Notes: generated by a model not told the origin, from the sequence alone. A stretch of 43,883 nt of DNA from Candidatus Calescibacterium sp. (GCA_032249135.1 JAVVGL010000017.1:1-43883); one strand, 5' to 3'; positions 20,008-31,319 are shown, counted from the stretch's first letter. Translations and numbers: made by a program.

Positions 20008-22767
20008 ATGGATAGATTGGTGAAGGAAAAGAATGGAAAGAGAGAAAAAAAGGAAAAGATAATAAATTTCATATCAGAGCTCCCCATAAAATATCCTTAT
20101 ATAATAATACCAGCAGTTTTGATACTCACTTTTATTTCGCTTTGGGCGATGAGAAATCTTCAAATAAAGCTCTCATTTTTTGATGAACTTCCGCCAGATC
20201 ATCCACAGGTCAAAAGGTTCAAGTATGTAGCAGAAAACTATGGAGGAACAGACTTTATATTTATTGCGATTGAAGGAGAAAACCTATCTGAAATGAAAAT
20301 GTGCGCAGCAAAGATAGAAGATGAACTCAAAAAAATGCCGGAGATAAAAAGTGTAAGAGGGAAAATTGATATAGATTTTTTCAAAAAACACGCTCTATTT
20401 TACCTTGAAGAGAAAAGATTAAACGAACTCGTAGACCTTATGAAAAGAAGAAAAGACGATATTGTAAAACTTTTTTTAAATTTGGGGTTCCCGGAATTTA
20501 TAAGTGCTTGGTCAGACCTTATATCAAAAGAAATTCTTGAAAGAGAAAATCTGAACGAGGATGAAATAGATGAGTTTGTCAAATCAATATCAAACATAAG
20601 GAACTGGGTAGCTGAAATTTCAAAGGCAATCTTGGAAGGCAAAGTAGATAAAGAAAAATACAAATCGTCATTTGAAAAAGCTTTTCTGATGATGGGTGAT
20701 ACCACACGAGAAGACTACTCAATAAATCAGGATTATCTCATAAGCCAAGATATGAGCACAATTTTAATTTCGGCATTCCCCACAAGACCTGCTGACGACT
20801 ACGGTTTTAACAAAATAATATACGACAAAATAATGGATATGAAAAAAAGAGTATCAGAAGGTCCATGCAAAAACTTAAAACTTCACATAGGAGGAAATTA
20901 TATCGCTCTTGAAGAACAAAGAAGAATAGCTCTGCAAGACATGAAAAGAACAGGATCTATAAGCTTCATATCATCATTAATAATCTTCTTTGTTGCATTC
21001 AGAGGTATTATAGGTGCAGCAATGATGGGGACATTTCTTATCACAGGAGTAATTTTAGCCTTCGGATTTCTGATGTTATCTTATGGATATGTCACAATAA
21101 TTTCTGCCCTTTTTGGTTCAATTCTTATAGGAATGGGGATAGATTACGGAGTATATTCGTTTTCTCACTGGAAAGAACAAATTAGCAAAGGTAAAGATAG
21201 GATTTCAGCTATAAAATTTGGTGTATTAAGACTTATTTCACCTACTCTTCAGTCAGCTATAACTACATCAGCTGGTTTCCTTTGTGTTTATATATCTCAA
21301 ATAAAGGGAGCAAAAATCCTCTCAGTTGTATCTGCCACTGGGATTTTAATTTACCTTCTTCTTTCATGGTTTTTCATGCCATCAATAATAAGATATACAT
21401 CAAAATATCTTTTGGGAATAAAAGCCTCCGAGTTCATAGAAAAAATATTTGAAAAGATAGCCGATTTCGTTGCACGCAAAAGCAAAACAATATTAATAAC
21501 TTCGGTACCGCTAATATTTTTAATCATAGCCTACGAAATAAGAAATATCGGATTTGAATACAACCTGAGAAAAATCTTACCCGAGCTTGAAGCAATAAAG
21601 TCAGAAGATTTCATCGTAGAAAAATTTGGAAGGTCAAAAGATTACACAGTTATGCTCGCAAAAGATCTTGAAGAACTCAAAGACAAAATTCAAAAAATAA
21701 AAAGTTCAGAAACCTTCGGAAAAGTTGAATCTATAATGATATTCTACCCAGAAGATATAGATAAAAAATTAGATTATGTCAAACAAATAGATAAGATAGT
21801 ATCAGATATTTACCCAGGGACAATCCCAGGATATGGAATATTCCCAACGGCATATATAAAGTCATCTTTTGAGAAAATGCAGGATGTAGCAGAAGCTATG
21901 GTACAACTTGCAGTACTATCTGGAACATTTGAGGGAGAAGATGAAGCTAAAAAACTTAAAGAAGATATACAAAAACTCGTAAAAGAATTGGATAATATAG
22001 GAGATAAAATAGACATTTCCGCTTTACAGAAAATAAATGCAGATGTAGCGATGGAGTTCTTGAACGACCTAAAAAAAGCTGCAAAGAGCAGAGGATTTGA
22101 TGTAGAAGATCTACCAGAAGACATAAAAAAACAATTCATAGGAGCAGATAACTCCTTTATCATATTTGCATATCCGAAAAAACCAATATGGGAAGATGAA
22201 ATATTTATGAAAAAAAATTTAAAAGAAGCTCAAGAGATAGATAAAGATTCATTTGGGGTATCTGCTCTGTTTATTTCTGTAACAGACAGGGCTAAAAAAG
22301 ATATGGCAAAAGCGTTAATTTTGGCATTTATTCTTGTTACAATCATAGTATATATGGGTTTCAGAAAACCACTACTTGTTATTTTTGTTCTTACACCAGT
22401 TATAACCGCTGTTCTATTTGCCGCTTCTTTCTCCTCTTTACTTGGAATAAAACTCCACTACATAAACATGGGAACATTCGCAATAATTGTAGGAATTGCA
22501 GTTGATTATGGAATCCACATTACACACAGATTGATACATGAAAAAGATATAAAAGGAGCAATTTCAGGAATAGGAAATGCAATTTTGGTAGCAGGACTCA
22601 CAACGGTAGCAGGATTTGGTTCTCTCCTATTGGCACATTTTCCCGGTCTCAGACACTTTGGTCTAATGATAGCAACAGGAATACTAATAGCTATGATAAC
22701 AGCAGTCTTCATTCTACCCTCTATATTCTCAATTTTCAAAGATAAAATTTCAAAGTACATAACATGA
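20008..22767 (+). CDS. MMPL/RND-family lipid transporter (HpnN-like)
   Basis: Two repeats with GMGIDYG and GIAVDYGIH TM4-type motifs and two large periplasmic loops. DFFKKHALFYL and DLP.DIKKQF.G segments resemble HpnN. ATG 20008 preferred over TTG 19984. Confidence 0.85.
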   Translation: MDRLVKEKNGKREKKEKIINFISELPIKYPYIIIPAVLILTFISLWAMRNLQIKLSFFDELPPDHPQVKRFKYVAENYGGTDFIFIAIEGENLSEMKMCAAKIEDELKKMPEIKSVRGKIDIDFFKKHALFYLEEKRLNELVDLMKRRKDDIVKLFLNLGFPEFISAWSDLISKEILERENLNEDEIDEFVKSISNIRNWVAEISKAILEGKVDKEKYKSSFEKAFLMMGDTTREDYSINQDYLISQDMSTILISAFPTRPADDYGFNKIIYDKIMDMKKRVSEGPCKNLKLHIGGNYIALEEQRRIALQDMKRTGSISFISSLIIFFVAFRGIIGAAMMGTFLITGVILAFGFLMLSYGYVTIISALFGSILIGMGIDYGVYSFSHWKEQISKGKDRISAIKFGVLRLISPTLQSAITTSAGFLCVYISQIKGAKILSVVSATGILIYLLLSWFFMPSIIRYTSKYLLGIKASEFIEKIFEKIADFVARKSKTILITSVPLIFLIIAYEIRNIGFEYNLRKILPELEAIKSEDFIVEKFGRSKDYTVMLAKDLEELKDKIQKIKSSETFGKVESIMIFYPEDIDKKLDYVKQIDKIVSDIYPGTIPGYGIFPTAYIKSSFEKMQDVAEAMVQLAVLSGTFEGEDEAKKLKEDIQKLVKELDNIGDKIDISALQKINADVAMEFLNDLKKAAKSRGFDVEDLPEDIKKQFIGADNSFIIFAYPKKPIWEDEIFMKKNLKEAQEIDKDSFGVSALFISVTDRAKKDMAKALILAFILVTIIVYMGFRKPLLVIFVLTPVITAVLFAASFSSLLGIKLHYINMGTFAIIVGIAVDYGIHITHRLIHEKDIKGAISGIGNAILVAGLTTVAGFGSLLLAHFPGLRHFGLMIATGILIAMITAVFILPSIFSIFKDKISKYIT

Positions 22768-22839
22768 AAAGAAATTTTAAAATTCCAAATATAAACCAGG
22801 AAAGAAATTTTTATAATATATAAAGAGATTGATTTATAT

Positions 22840-22929
22840 ATGTTAGACTGAATAAAAGTTTTAGATTTCACAAGGTTACTTCCTTGTCCCATTGCGACAC
22901 ATATCTTAGCTCACCCTGGAGCAGAAGTA
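22840..22929 (+). pseudogene. 5' fragment of a family III CoA-transferase (CaiB/BaiF)
   Basis: Translates MLD*IKVLDFTRLLPCPIATHILAHPGAEV, matching the family start L.GIKVLD.TRLLPGP.AT..LAD.GAEV. In-frame TGA at 22849-22851. Confidence 0.85.
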
Positions 22930-23418
22930 GTATCAGAAGTTTCATTCAAAAAAACTTAAAACTTCACATAGGAGGATATGTCACAATAATTTCTGCTCTT
23001 TTCGGTTAAATTCTTATAGGAATGGGAATAGACTATGGAGTTTATGTTTTCTCACGATGGAGAGAAGAAGCAACATATCAAGACGATAAGATATTTGTAC
23101 TGAAAAAAAGCATAAAGGAAATTATTCTTCCAACTTTTGAAGCCGCTATAACAACATCGGCAGGATTTTTATGCATATATATCTCCCAAATTAAAGGAGC
23201 TAAAATATTGGCGTTCGTATCTGCCTGCGGAATACTAATTTACCTTCTTCTATCGCGGATTTTCTTACCAGCTATAATTAAATATTTTTCTAAATACCTT
23301 ATGAAAACCAAGATATGGGACTTTGTAGATAAAATATTTTATAGTAGCTCTGATAGTTTCAATTATTATACTCCCTTCGCTACTCAACATATTTAAAGAA
23401 AAAATATTAAAAGGATGA
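22930..23418 (+). pseudogene. Deleted remnant of a tandem paralog of the MMPL transporter
   Basis: Three collinear blocks match the intact gene at about 20851-20895, 21085-21450 and 22684-22767. Contains a TAA at 23007-23009 and frameshifts; includes ORF 23022..23396. Confidence 0.9.
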
Positions 23419-23442
23419 ATACATAGTCACAATCACGAAAAA

Positions 23443-23731
23443 ATGAAGATTCTGCTTCTTTTTATTTTTCCATCAGAAGCAAGAAGATAGGGAGAAGATA
23501 GATAAAGTTGATATATCTTGTGGATACAAAGCTCCGAGCAAGTTTGAGCCCGCAAGATGTCCCGGTTCTGATGCACAATATCTTGAAATTTTGGAGAAAC
23601 CAAATCAGCTCAAATTGGAAATCATGGATAGGAGATTTGATGGTAAAGGAAACTTCTGGTTAAAAATTTACTTTGCATTTTCACATAATTTTTCAAAAGA
23701 AAATCTACAAACTTCTCCAACAAAATACTAA
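23443..23731 (+). pseudogene. Possible frameshifted remnant of an exported protein
   Basis: ATG 23443 gives MKILLLFIF; a +1 frame is open from 23447 to 23731 (…EDREKIDKVDISCGYKAPSKFEPARCPGS…) without its own 5' start. Confidence 0.35.
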
Positions 23732-23778
23732 ATTTTATAGCGTTTTTTGTGAAATTTTGGGAAAATACTATAAAATTG

Positions 23779-25272
23779 ATGATGGTAAGGAAGATAGGAA
23801 GACAAAAGACAATTTATTTTTTGTTAGTTTTATTTTTAGTTTCTTGCGGAGGAGAAAAAACTGAAAGTGTGAGAAAATATCACGATCATCCAAGACTTGC
23901 GCAGAGTCCGTGGCCAATTATACATGCGAACCCAGCTCAGCAGGCAAGTGTTAAATTTTCCGGTCCCAATCCTCCATTAAAAATTGAACTTTTTGACTAC
24001 AAGGGACCAGGATGGATTCTGTTTGATTCAAAAAAGAATATACTTTTTGGTGCCTCCATTGCCACAGAAAGAAAGCATGAGTTTAAAAAATTTGATAAAA
24101 GTATGAAGCTTATTGCTGAATTTTCTCTGTCTTTTCAAGGAGCAACGGGAATATTTGGTGGTATATATAGCTTTGTAGATCATGAGGACTGTATATGGAC
24201 CTCAATAGATGTTTCAATATATAGGATATGTGAAAAAGGGGGAAGGTTTGAAGAAAGCATGAAGTTTGATCTCTCTGAAATATCAGATGGTTTTTCAAAG
24301 GATGAAACGATCCTTGCCCTTATGCCACTTTATAAACCAGCAGGATTTATAGATATAGCATTTGTGACTTTGGGATTTGAATATGAAAAAGAAGGAGATT
24401 TTTTGAAAATAAATATTCCGGGAGCAAAGTTGGGAATAATTCAAGTTTTTGATAAAAATAAAGCTAATGTTTATTACTATCAGTTCAAAGGGGAGGCTAT
24501 ACAGAATTCAATAGCTATTGATAAAAAAGATAACATATATGTGATAACTCATAAGAAACTTTACAAGGTAAGATTTGATAGCTCTTCCAAAAGTTTTAGG
24601 ATAATATGGGACTATTCATATGATCCAGGACCACCACCTGATAATATAGAGTGTCCGGCTGGTTCTTCTCCTTATTCTTGCGTACTTACTAATCTTCTCA
24701 GAAAGGTAAGATTTCTTGCCGGTTCAGGTACTACCCCAACTCTTATGGGAGATAATGAAGAATACATCGGTTTTGCCGACGGAGCTTTACCTATGAGGAT
24801 TGTAGTTTTAAGAACAGAGGATGGGAGCCCTGTTGAAATAGATAATCCTTTTCCTTTTTCTTATGATCAAAACTCTCAAACTGAAAATACTTTGGCTTAT
24901 TTTGGAGGTAAATTTATTGTTGATAATAATAATCCAGAAGGGACAGGTGTAGCATGCTATAAGATAGAAGGAAATTATAAAAATGAAAAACTAAAACTTT
25001 TATGGGTAAATAGAGAAGTTTTTGCTCCAAATAATGTCCCACTTGTTTCTGGCAAATCTCAGGCGGGATATGTTTATGAGCTTATAAAACAGGACGGAAA
25101 AGAAAAATGGTATCTCACCTCTCTTGATTTAAACACTGGAAAGGTTTTGTGGAGAGTCTTCATAGGAGAAGGACTTATACATAATAGTATGTATGCACCT
25201 TTAAATCTTGATGACGAAGGAAACATATATATAGGTTTATTTGGGAAAATTCTTAGGGTCAAGAGTAATTAG
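23779..25272 (+). CDS. Hypothetical lipoprotein, probable beta-propeller
   Basis: Lipobox LVSC; WP..H.N near the N-terminus; repeated D..xNIY strands; GSGTTPTLMG; LDLNTGKVLW (PQQ-like blade). ATG 23779/23782 preferred over GTG 23749. Confidence 0.75.
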   Translation: MMVRKIGRQKTIYFLLVLFLVSCGGEKTESVRKYHDHPRLAQSPWPIIHANPAQQASVKFSGPNPPLKIELFDYKGPGWILFDSKKNILFGASIATERKHEFKKFDKSMKLIAEFSLSFQGATGIFGGIYSFVDHEDCIWTSIDVSIYRICEKGGRFEESMKFDLSEISDGFSKDETILALMPLYKPAGFIDIAFVTLGFEYEKEGDFLKINIPGAKLGIIQVFDKNKANVYYYQFKGEAIQNSIAIDKKDNIYVITHKKLYKVRFDSSSKSFRIIWDYSYDPGPPPDNIECPAGSSPYSCVLTNLLRKVRFLAGSGTTPTLMGDNEEYIGFADGALPMRIVVLRTEDGSPVEIDNPFPFSYDQNSQTENTLAYFGGKFIVDNNNPEGTGVACYKIEGNYKNEKLKLLWVNREVFAPNNVPLVSGKSQAGYVYELIKQDGKEKWYLTSLDLNTGKVLWRVFIGEGLIHNSMYAPLNLDDEGNIYIGLFGKILRVKSN

Positions 25273-25406
25273 TTGAGTTCCAGAAAAAATTGTAAATAGC
25301 AAATTATTTCAAATAAAAATTTCTTTCAATAAAATATTAATTCATATTTTTATGAAAATTTTCTGTTTTTAACACAAACTGTAAAGTTTTTATTAATACT
25401 TTATAT

Positions 25407-27056
25407 ATGATGAACAGAAAAAAATACGATGTCATAGTTGTAGGTGCAGGAATAAATGGAATAACAGCAGCTTGCTATCTCCAAAAATCAGGTCTCAAAA
25501 CATTAGTTCTGGAAAAAAGAAATGAAATAGCTCCTTTCGCTCTGACAGAAGATATATTCGGTGGAGGGATACCAGTGGATACTCACGCAGGTGTGTGCTT
25601 TTTACCTATGAGCCCAGTCTGGGGCGACCTTGAACTTGATAAATTTGGATTTGACCTCATATTCGCAACTGCTCCCGCAGGAACAGTGTGGGAAGATAAA
25701 AACCTTGTCTGGTATGCTATCCCAGGCAAAACCGCCGAGGCAATTTCTAAATTCTCCGAAAAAGATGCAAAAACTTTTCTTGAAATAACCTCCCGCATAG
25801 CTCCAAATATTCCAGATATTCTAAAAGAAGCTGTATTCTCTCCCGCAGAGGAAGAAAAAGAGGATTTCTTGTGGGACCTTTCAAAATACTTTGGGTTTAC
25901 TCCTTATGATTTTAAAACCATGAATGCATTTGAAATGTTAGATCTTCTTTATGAGAGTGAATGGGTAAAAACTGCTGCCTTCGGTGCAGCAGATATAGCA
26001 GTCTTTGGAGATCCAGCTGAAAAAGGAGAAGGTGCCGTTATGCTCGCTCTGGCTTTTACTATAATGATCGGTGTCCCAAGAGGGGGCATGCATACCCTGG
26101 CTCACTCACTTGTCAGATGTTTCAAGTATCACGGTGGAACCTTACTCCTTAATGCAGGAGTAAAAAGAGTTGAAAAAAAAGAAGGAGGAGGGTTCAGAGT
26201 TTTCCTTGATGAAGACACTCCTTATCCACAAAAAGAGTTTGAATCAGATATTGTTGTGATGCACACAAGTCCCCCAATTTCTTTTCAAATTATAGATCAG
26301 AATTTGCTCAAAAAAGAAGATCCGGAGCTTTTCAGGAAAATGAAGGACTGGGATATGACAGGTCACTGTGCATTCACATCATACTTTCTTTTAAAAGGAG
26401 AAATAAGCTGGAAATCAGAATCTTGGAACAAAGATATATCAAAAGTTCCTTTCCCTCTCAGAGCTTATGATTCATGGGAACATGCAAAAATCTCTGTACA
26501 AAAAATGAAAAATGAGGAAGTGATGGATGTTATCGGTGATATTGCTGAAATGTACAATTTATCAGCTGTGGATCCATCAAGAAGCAGATTAGGTTACCAT
26601 GTGCTTGTATTTGAGATGGAATATCCTATAAATCTCAGAAGATATGGAGGGAAGGAAAGGTGGGATGATAGAGAATTTGTTGGAAAAATTCATCAAGGGC
26701 ACATAGAGCTTTTGGATAGATTGATTTCGGGTTTCAAGAAAAATCTTGTTGATAGCATGTTCTTTACTCCAATTGACAATTGGAGACGAAATCCTTCTGC
26801 AATCTATGGGCATGAGTTAGGAGGAGATGTTTCCGGTCCCCAATGGTACACAGGCAGAATTCCTCCCCGATCCAAAATCACAGGACTTTACTTTTCTAAC
26901 GGAATATGGCCTGCTTCTTTGACTCATCTTGGAAGTGGTTATGTTGCGGCTACATGTGTTGCGGAGGACTTGGGAATAAAGCAAAAGCAAGAGTGGTGGA
27001 GATGGAAACCCTATGAGTACTTTTTGAGAAAACTCCCAGAACTCAAAAAAGTATGA
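25407..27056 (+). CDS. Phytoene dehydrogenase-like (COG1233) FAD-dependent oxidoreductase, copy 1
   Basis: YDVIVVGAGINGITAACYL, DLELDKFG, PRGGMHTLAHSL, FTPID..R.NPS, TGLY. Confidence 0.85.
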   Translation: MMNRKKYDVIVVGAGINGITAACYLQKSGLKTLVLEKRNEIAPFALTEDIFGGGIPVDTHAGVCFLPMSPVWGDLELDKFGFDLIFATAPAGTVWEDKNLVWYAIPGKTAEAISKFSEKDAKTFLEITSRIAPNIPDILKEAVFSPAEEEKEDFLWDLSKYFGFTPYDFKTMNAFEMLDLLYESEWVKTAAFGAADIAVFGDPAEKGEGAVMLALAFTIMIGVPRGGMHTLAHSLVRCFKYHGGTLLLNAGVKRVEKKEGGGFRVFLDEDTPYPQKEFESDIVVMHTSPPISFQIIDQNLLKKEDPELFRKMKDWDMTGHCAFTSYFLLKGEISWKSESWNKDISKVPFPLRAYDSWEHAKISVQKMKNEEVMDVIGDIAEMYNLSAVDPSRSRLGYHVLVFEMEYPINLRRYGGKERWDDREFVGKIHQGHIELLDRLISGFKKNLVDSMFFTPIDNWRRNPSAIYGHELGGDVSGPQWYTGRIPPRSKITGLYFSNGIWPASLTHLGSGYVAATCVAEDLGIKQKQEWWRWKPYEYFLRKLPELKKV

Positions 27057-27194
27057 TTTTTTTGGTGAAAAAATTGAAGCAATGATTAAAATAAAAATAT
27101 AGAAAATTTTCTACCAAATGGTAGATAGAAGCAAAAAAGAAATAAAAAATAAAAAGATAAAAAAAGAAAAGAAAGGAAAAGAGAAGAAAGAAAA

Positions 27195-27204
27195 AAGGAG
27201 GTGA
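27195..27204 (+). promoter_or_regulatory. Strong Shine-Dalgarno sequence AAGGAGGTGA
   Basis: Full anti-SD complement 6 nt before ATG 27211, at the end of a purine-rich spacer. Confidence 0.85.
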
Positions 27205-28836
<1,632 letters not shown>

Positions 28837-29736
28837 ATGAGACTTTGGTCAAAAGGGTTAGGCAAACTTATATTGCCATTCTATCTTGATAAAGCAGAGA
28901 GCGTATCCCCATTTCCTGATTATGTTCTCATTCGCGGGAGGATTGTAGAGGGAAAGGTAAACTGGCCTTATAAAATTTTTCTTTTCCCGCAAGATATGGT
29001 AAGGTTTATAAAGTTTATGGCTCAAAATGATGTTGTTATTTCTTTCCTCAAACGGAATCTGGGATTTAGTTTGGTGAAATTTTTGATTTTGAAGATTTTA
29101 AAGACTTTTTTATTCATAACTCCGAAAGTGCTTTTTATGAAAATATTTTCTCGCAAAAAATCTGAAATCGTATATGATGAAATAATTGCAAAAATTATTG
29201 AAGAAAAAAACAAATCCGGAAAAGAAAAATCATCGGAAGAAAATAAATCGGGTGATAGTTCTCAAAAAGAAATTGATATGTTACCAGATGATGAAGGAAA
29301 AGATGAGGAGAATTCAAAGGAAAAATTAAATCTTGTGAAATCGAAAGCAAGTCAAGATATTTATCAGGGAGGGATGATTTTTTGGTCAAAGGGATTGGGG
29401 AGAAGGAGTCATATTGTTATTCCATGCGGTGAAGAAAAACCAGAGGACAAAGGAGATGTTATAGTTCTGCACGGGAAAACTTTGCCGCCTGTTGTTTGGA
29501 TTTATAATATGACTATGGAACCGCAAGATTTTGTTTCAATTCTGAAATTAGGTCTATCTTATGAATTCGTTGATTTTCTTCTGCATCCAAAGAAAGTAAA
29601 ATTTGCTTTTCCTTTGCTTTTTTATCTTATTTTGTTTGCTGGAAAATACATTATCATGAGAAGGAAATTTTATCAGATTTATAGAAGGGAAGATGTTCAA
29701 AAAGAAAATAATGAAGCAGTTCAGGTTCAGCATTAG
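28837..29736 (+). CDS. Hypothetical protein with two copies of an unrecognised WSKGLG domain joined by a charged linker
   Basis: MRLWSKGLG (residue 1) and MIFWSKGLG (residue 180), with further shared motifs. Starts immediately after the previous stop (TAA-ATG). Confidence 0.85.
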   Translation: MRLWSKGLGKLILPFYLDKAESVSPFPDYVLIRGRIVEGKVNWPYKIFLFPQDMVRFIKFMAQNDVVISFLKRNLGFSLVKFLILKILKTFLFITPKVLFMKIFSRKKSEIVYDEIIAKIIEEKNKSGKEKSSEENKSGDSSQKEIDMLPDDEGKDEENSKEKLNLVKSKASQDIYQGGMIFWSKGLGRRSHIVIPCGEEKPEDKGDVIVLHGKTLPPVVWIYNMTMEPQDFVSILKLGLSYEFVDFLLHPKKVKFAFPLLFYLILFAGKYIIMRRKFYQIYRREDVQKENNEAVQVQH

Positions 29737-30754
29737 TAGTATCATTAGCAAGTATTTATTGGTATCTTTGTTCCCTCTGCTATTTATCGTCTTTTTATCA
29801 ATTGCAGCAGATTGTAGGAGAGATGATGAAGGTAAAATTAACGGTAACGAAACTACGGAGCAAAAAAACTTTGTTGTTGGACTTACTTCTGGTTCTGTTA
29901 TATTTGGAGGATTGGAAAGAGATTATATAATTTACATACCAAAATCATTTGATGGTAAGAAAAAGGTGCCGCTTCTTTTTGTTCTTCACGGTGGAGGCGG
30001 TACACCGGAGGGTATGATCAAACTTACAAAAGAAGGATTCCATGAACTTGCTGATAAAGAAGGCTTCGTTGTAGTTTATCCTGCTGCATACGGCAGACAC
30101 TGGAACGATGGCAGAAAAGATATGGAAAAATGGTCAGTAGCTCACAAAGAAAATATAGATGATGTTGGATTTATCTCCTATTTGATTGATCATATTGCTG
30201 TAAATTTCAATATTGACTTGAAAAAGGTTTTCATTACGGGGATTTCAAATGGGGCTATGATGTCTTTTCGTTTAGCTTGTGAGCTTTCTCAAAAAATAAC
30301 TGCTGTTGCTCCTGTTGCAGGACTTATGCCAGAAGATATAACATCTTCATGTAATCCTCAAAAACCTGTATCACTTCTGATTATTATGGGCACAGAAGAT
30401 CCTTTGGTTCCCTATAATGGAGGGTATGTGGAGGCTGCGGGAGAAAAGAGGGGAAAGGTTTTATCTGCCGAAAATACTGCGAAGTTCTGGGCGAAAATTA
30501 ACGGTTGTGAATTATCCCCTCAAATAGGGTGGGAGCAAGATAAGGATCCATCTGATGGGACAAAAGTCAAAAAAGAAATATATAATCAGTGTAAAGATGG
30601 AGAAAAGGTGATTTTATATACTATTGAGGGTGGAGGACACACATGGCCAGGGGGTTTGCAATATCTTCCAGAAAGGATTATTGGAAAAACAAGTAAAGAT
30701 TTAGATGCAAACCAGCTAATATGGGATTTTTTCAAGGAAAGTTCAATAAGATAA
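29711..30754 (+). CDS. Exported PHB-depolymerase/LpqC-family esterase, probable lipoprotein
   Basis: LHGGGG, FVVVYP, WNDG, DDVGFI, nucleophile GISNG, GTEDPLVP, GGGHTWPG; AADC lipobox-like. Start at 29711 or 29693. Confidence 0.88.
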   Translation: MKQFRFSISSIISKYLLVSLFPLLFIVFLSIAADCRRDDEGKINGNETTEQKNFVVGLTSGSVIFGGLERDYIIYIPKSFDGKKKVPLLFVLHGGGGTPEGMIKLTKEGFHELADKEGFVVVYPAAYGRHWNDGRKDMEKWSVAHKENIDDVGFISYLIDHIAVNFNIDLKKVFITGISNGAMMSFRLACELSQKITAVAPVAGLMPEDITSSCNPQKPVSLLIIMGTEDPLVPYNGGYVEAAGEKRGKVLSAENTAKFWAKINGCELSPQIGWEQDKDPSDGTKVKKEIYNQCKDGEKVILYTIEGGGHTWPGGLQYLPERIIGKTSKDLDANQLIWDFFKESSIR

Positions 30755-30827
30755 GCAGATTGCTATAACGCAATATTCAGAAAACAGAAATTCAGAATGT
30801 GATATGGTTAATAAAGAAATCTCATAT

Positions 30828-31319
30828 TTATTTTTTTGTATTCGCTGAAACTTTGTATAAGGTAATGACTGTTCTTATCAAAAAATATGCAGTTATTATG
30901 ATCGGAGTCAAAAACAAAAACGGGAAAAACCAGAAAGGTATTTTCCCTTCTTTTACTCCAAATATTATACCCTCAAATACTATGAGCATATACACTGAAA
31001 TAAAAAAGTTTGTTTCAACAATAGGTATGAAGTAGCTATCAATAATCTCATCTTTTATTCCTTTTTTTCTTGCAATTTTTTTTCTGAAAAATGTAATCAA
31101 GAATATAACTTTGGGTATGAGCGAGAGGGAAAAACAGAGGGCAAAGATGAAAATTTTGTTCCCGTAAAAGCTTGGTCTTCCTTCAATTCCAAAACTCAAA
31201 GGTATTTGTTCGGGAAAATCTAAATATGAAACGATTGCTTTTATCCAAAGTGTAACTATGACAAGTATTGAGATGATTTGAAAGATTTGAATTCTTTTTC
31301 TTCTTTTGTTCATTTTCAT
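30828..31319 (-). CDS. DUF1648/SdpI-like membrane protein
   Basis: Y..FPEQIP.SFG..G.P..YG.K motif plus four TM helices. Starts directly after the cysC stop. Confidence 0.7.
   Translation of the reverse strand: MKMNKRRKRIQIFQIISILVIVTLWIKAIVSYLDFPEQIPLSFGIEGRPSFYGNKIFIFALCFSLSLIPKVIFLITFFRKKIARKKGIKDEIIDSYFIPIVETNFFISVYMLIVFEGIIFGVKEGKIPFWFFPFLFLTPIIITAYFLIRTVITLYKVSANTKK

Noticed and set aside
23022-23396. 124-aa ORF as a functional small transporter
   Set aside because: Internal fragment of the decayed MMPL paralog, with an upstream in-frame stop and a frameshifted 3' end.
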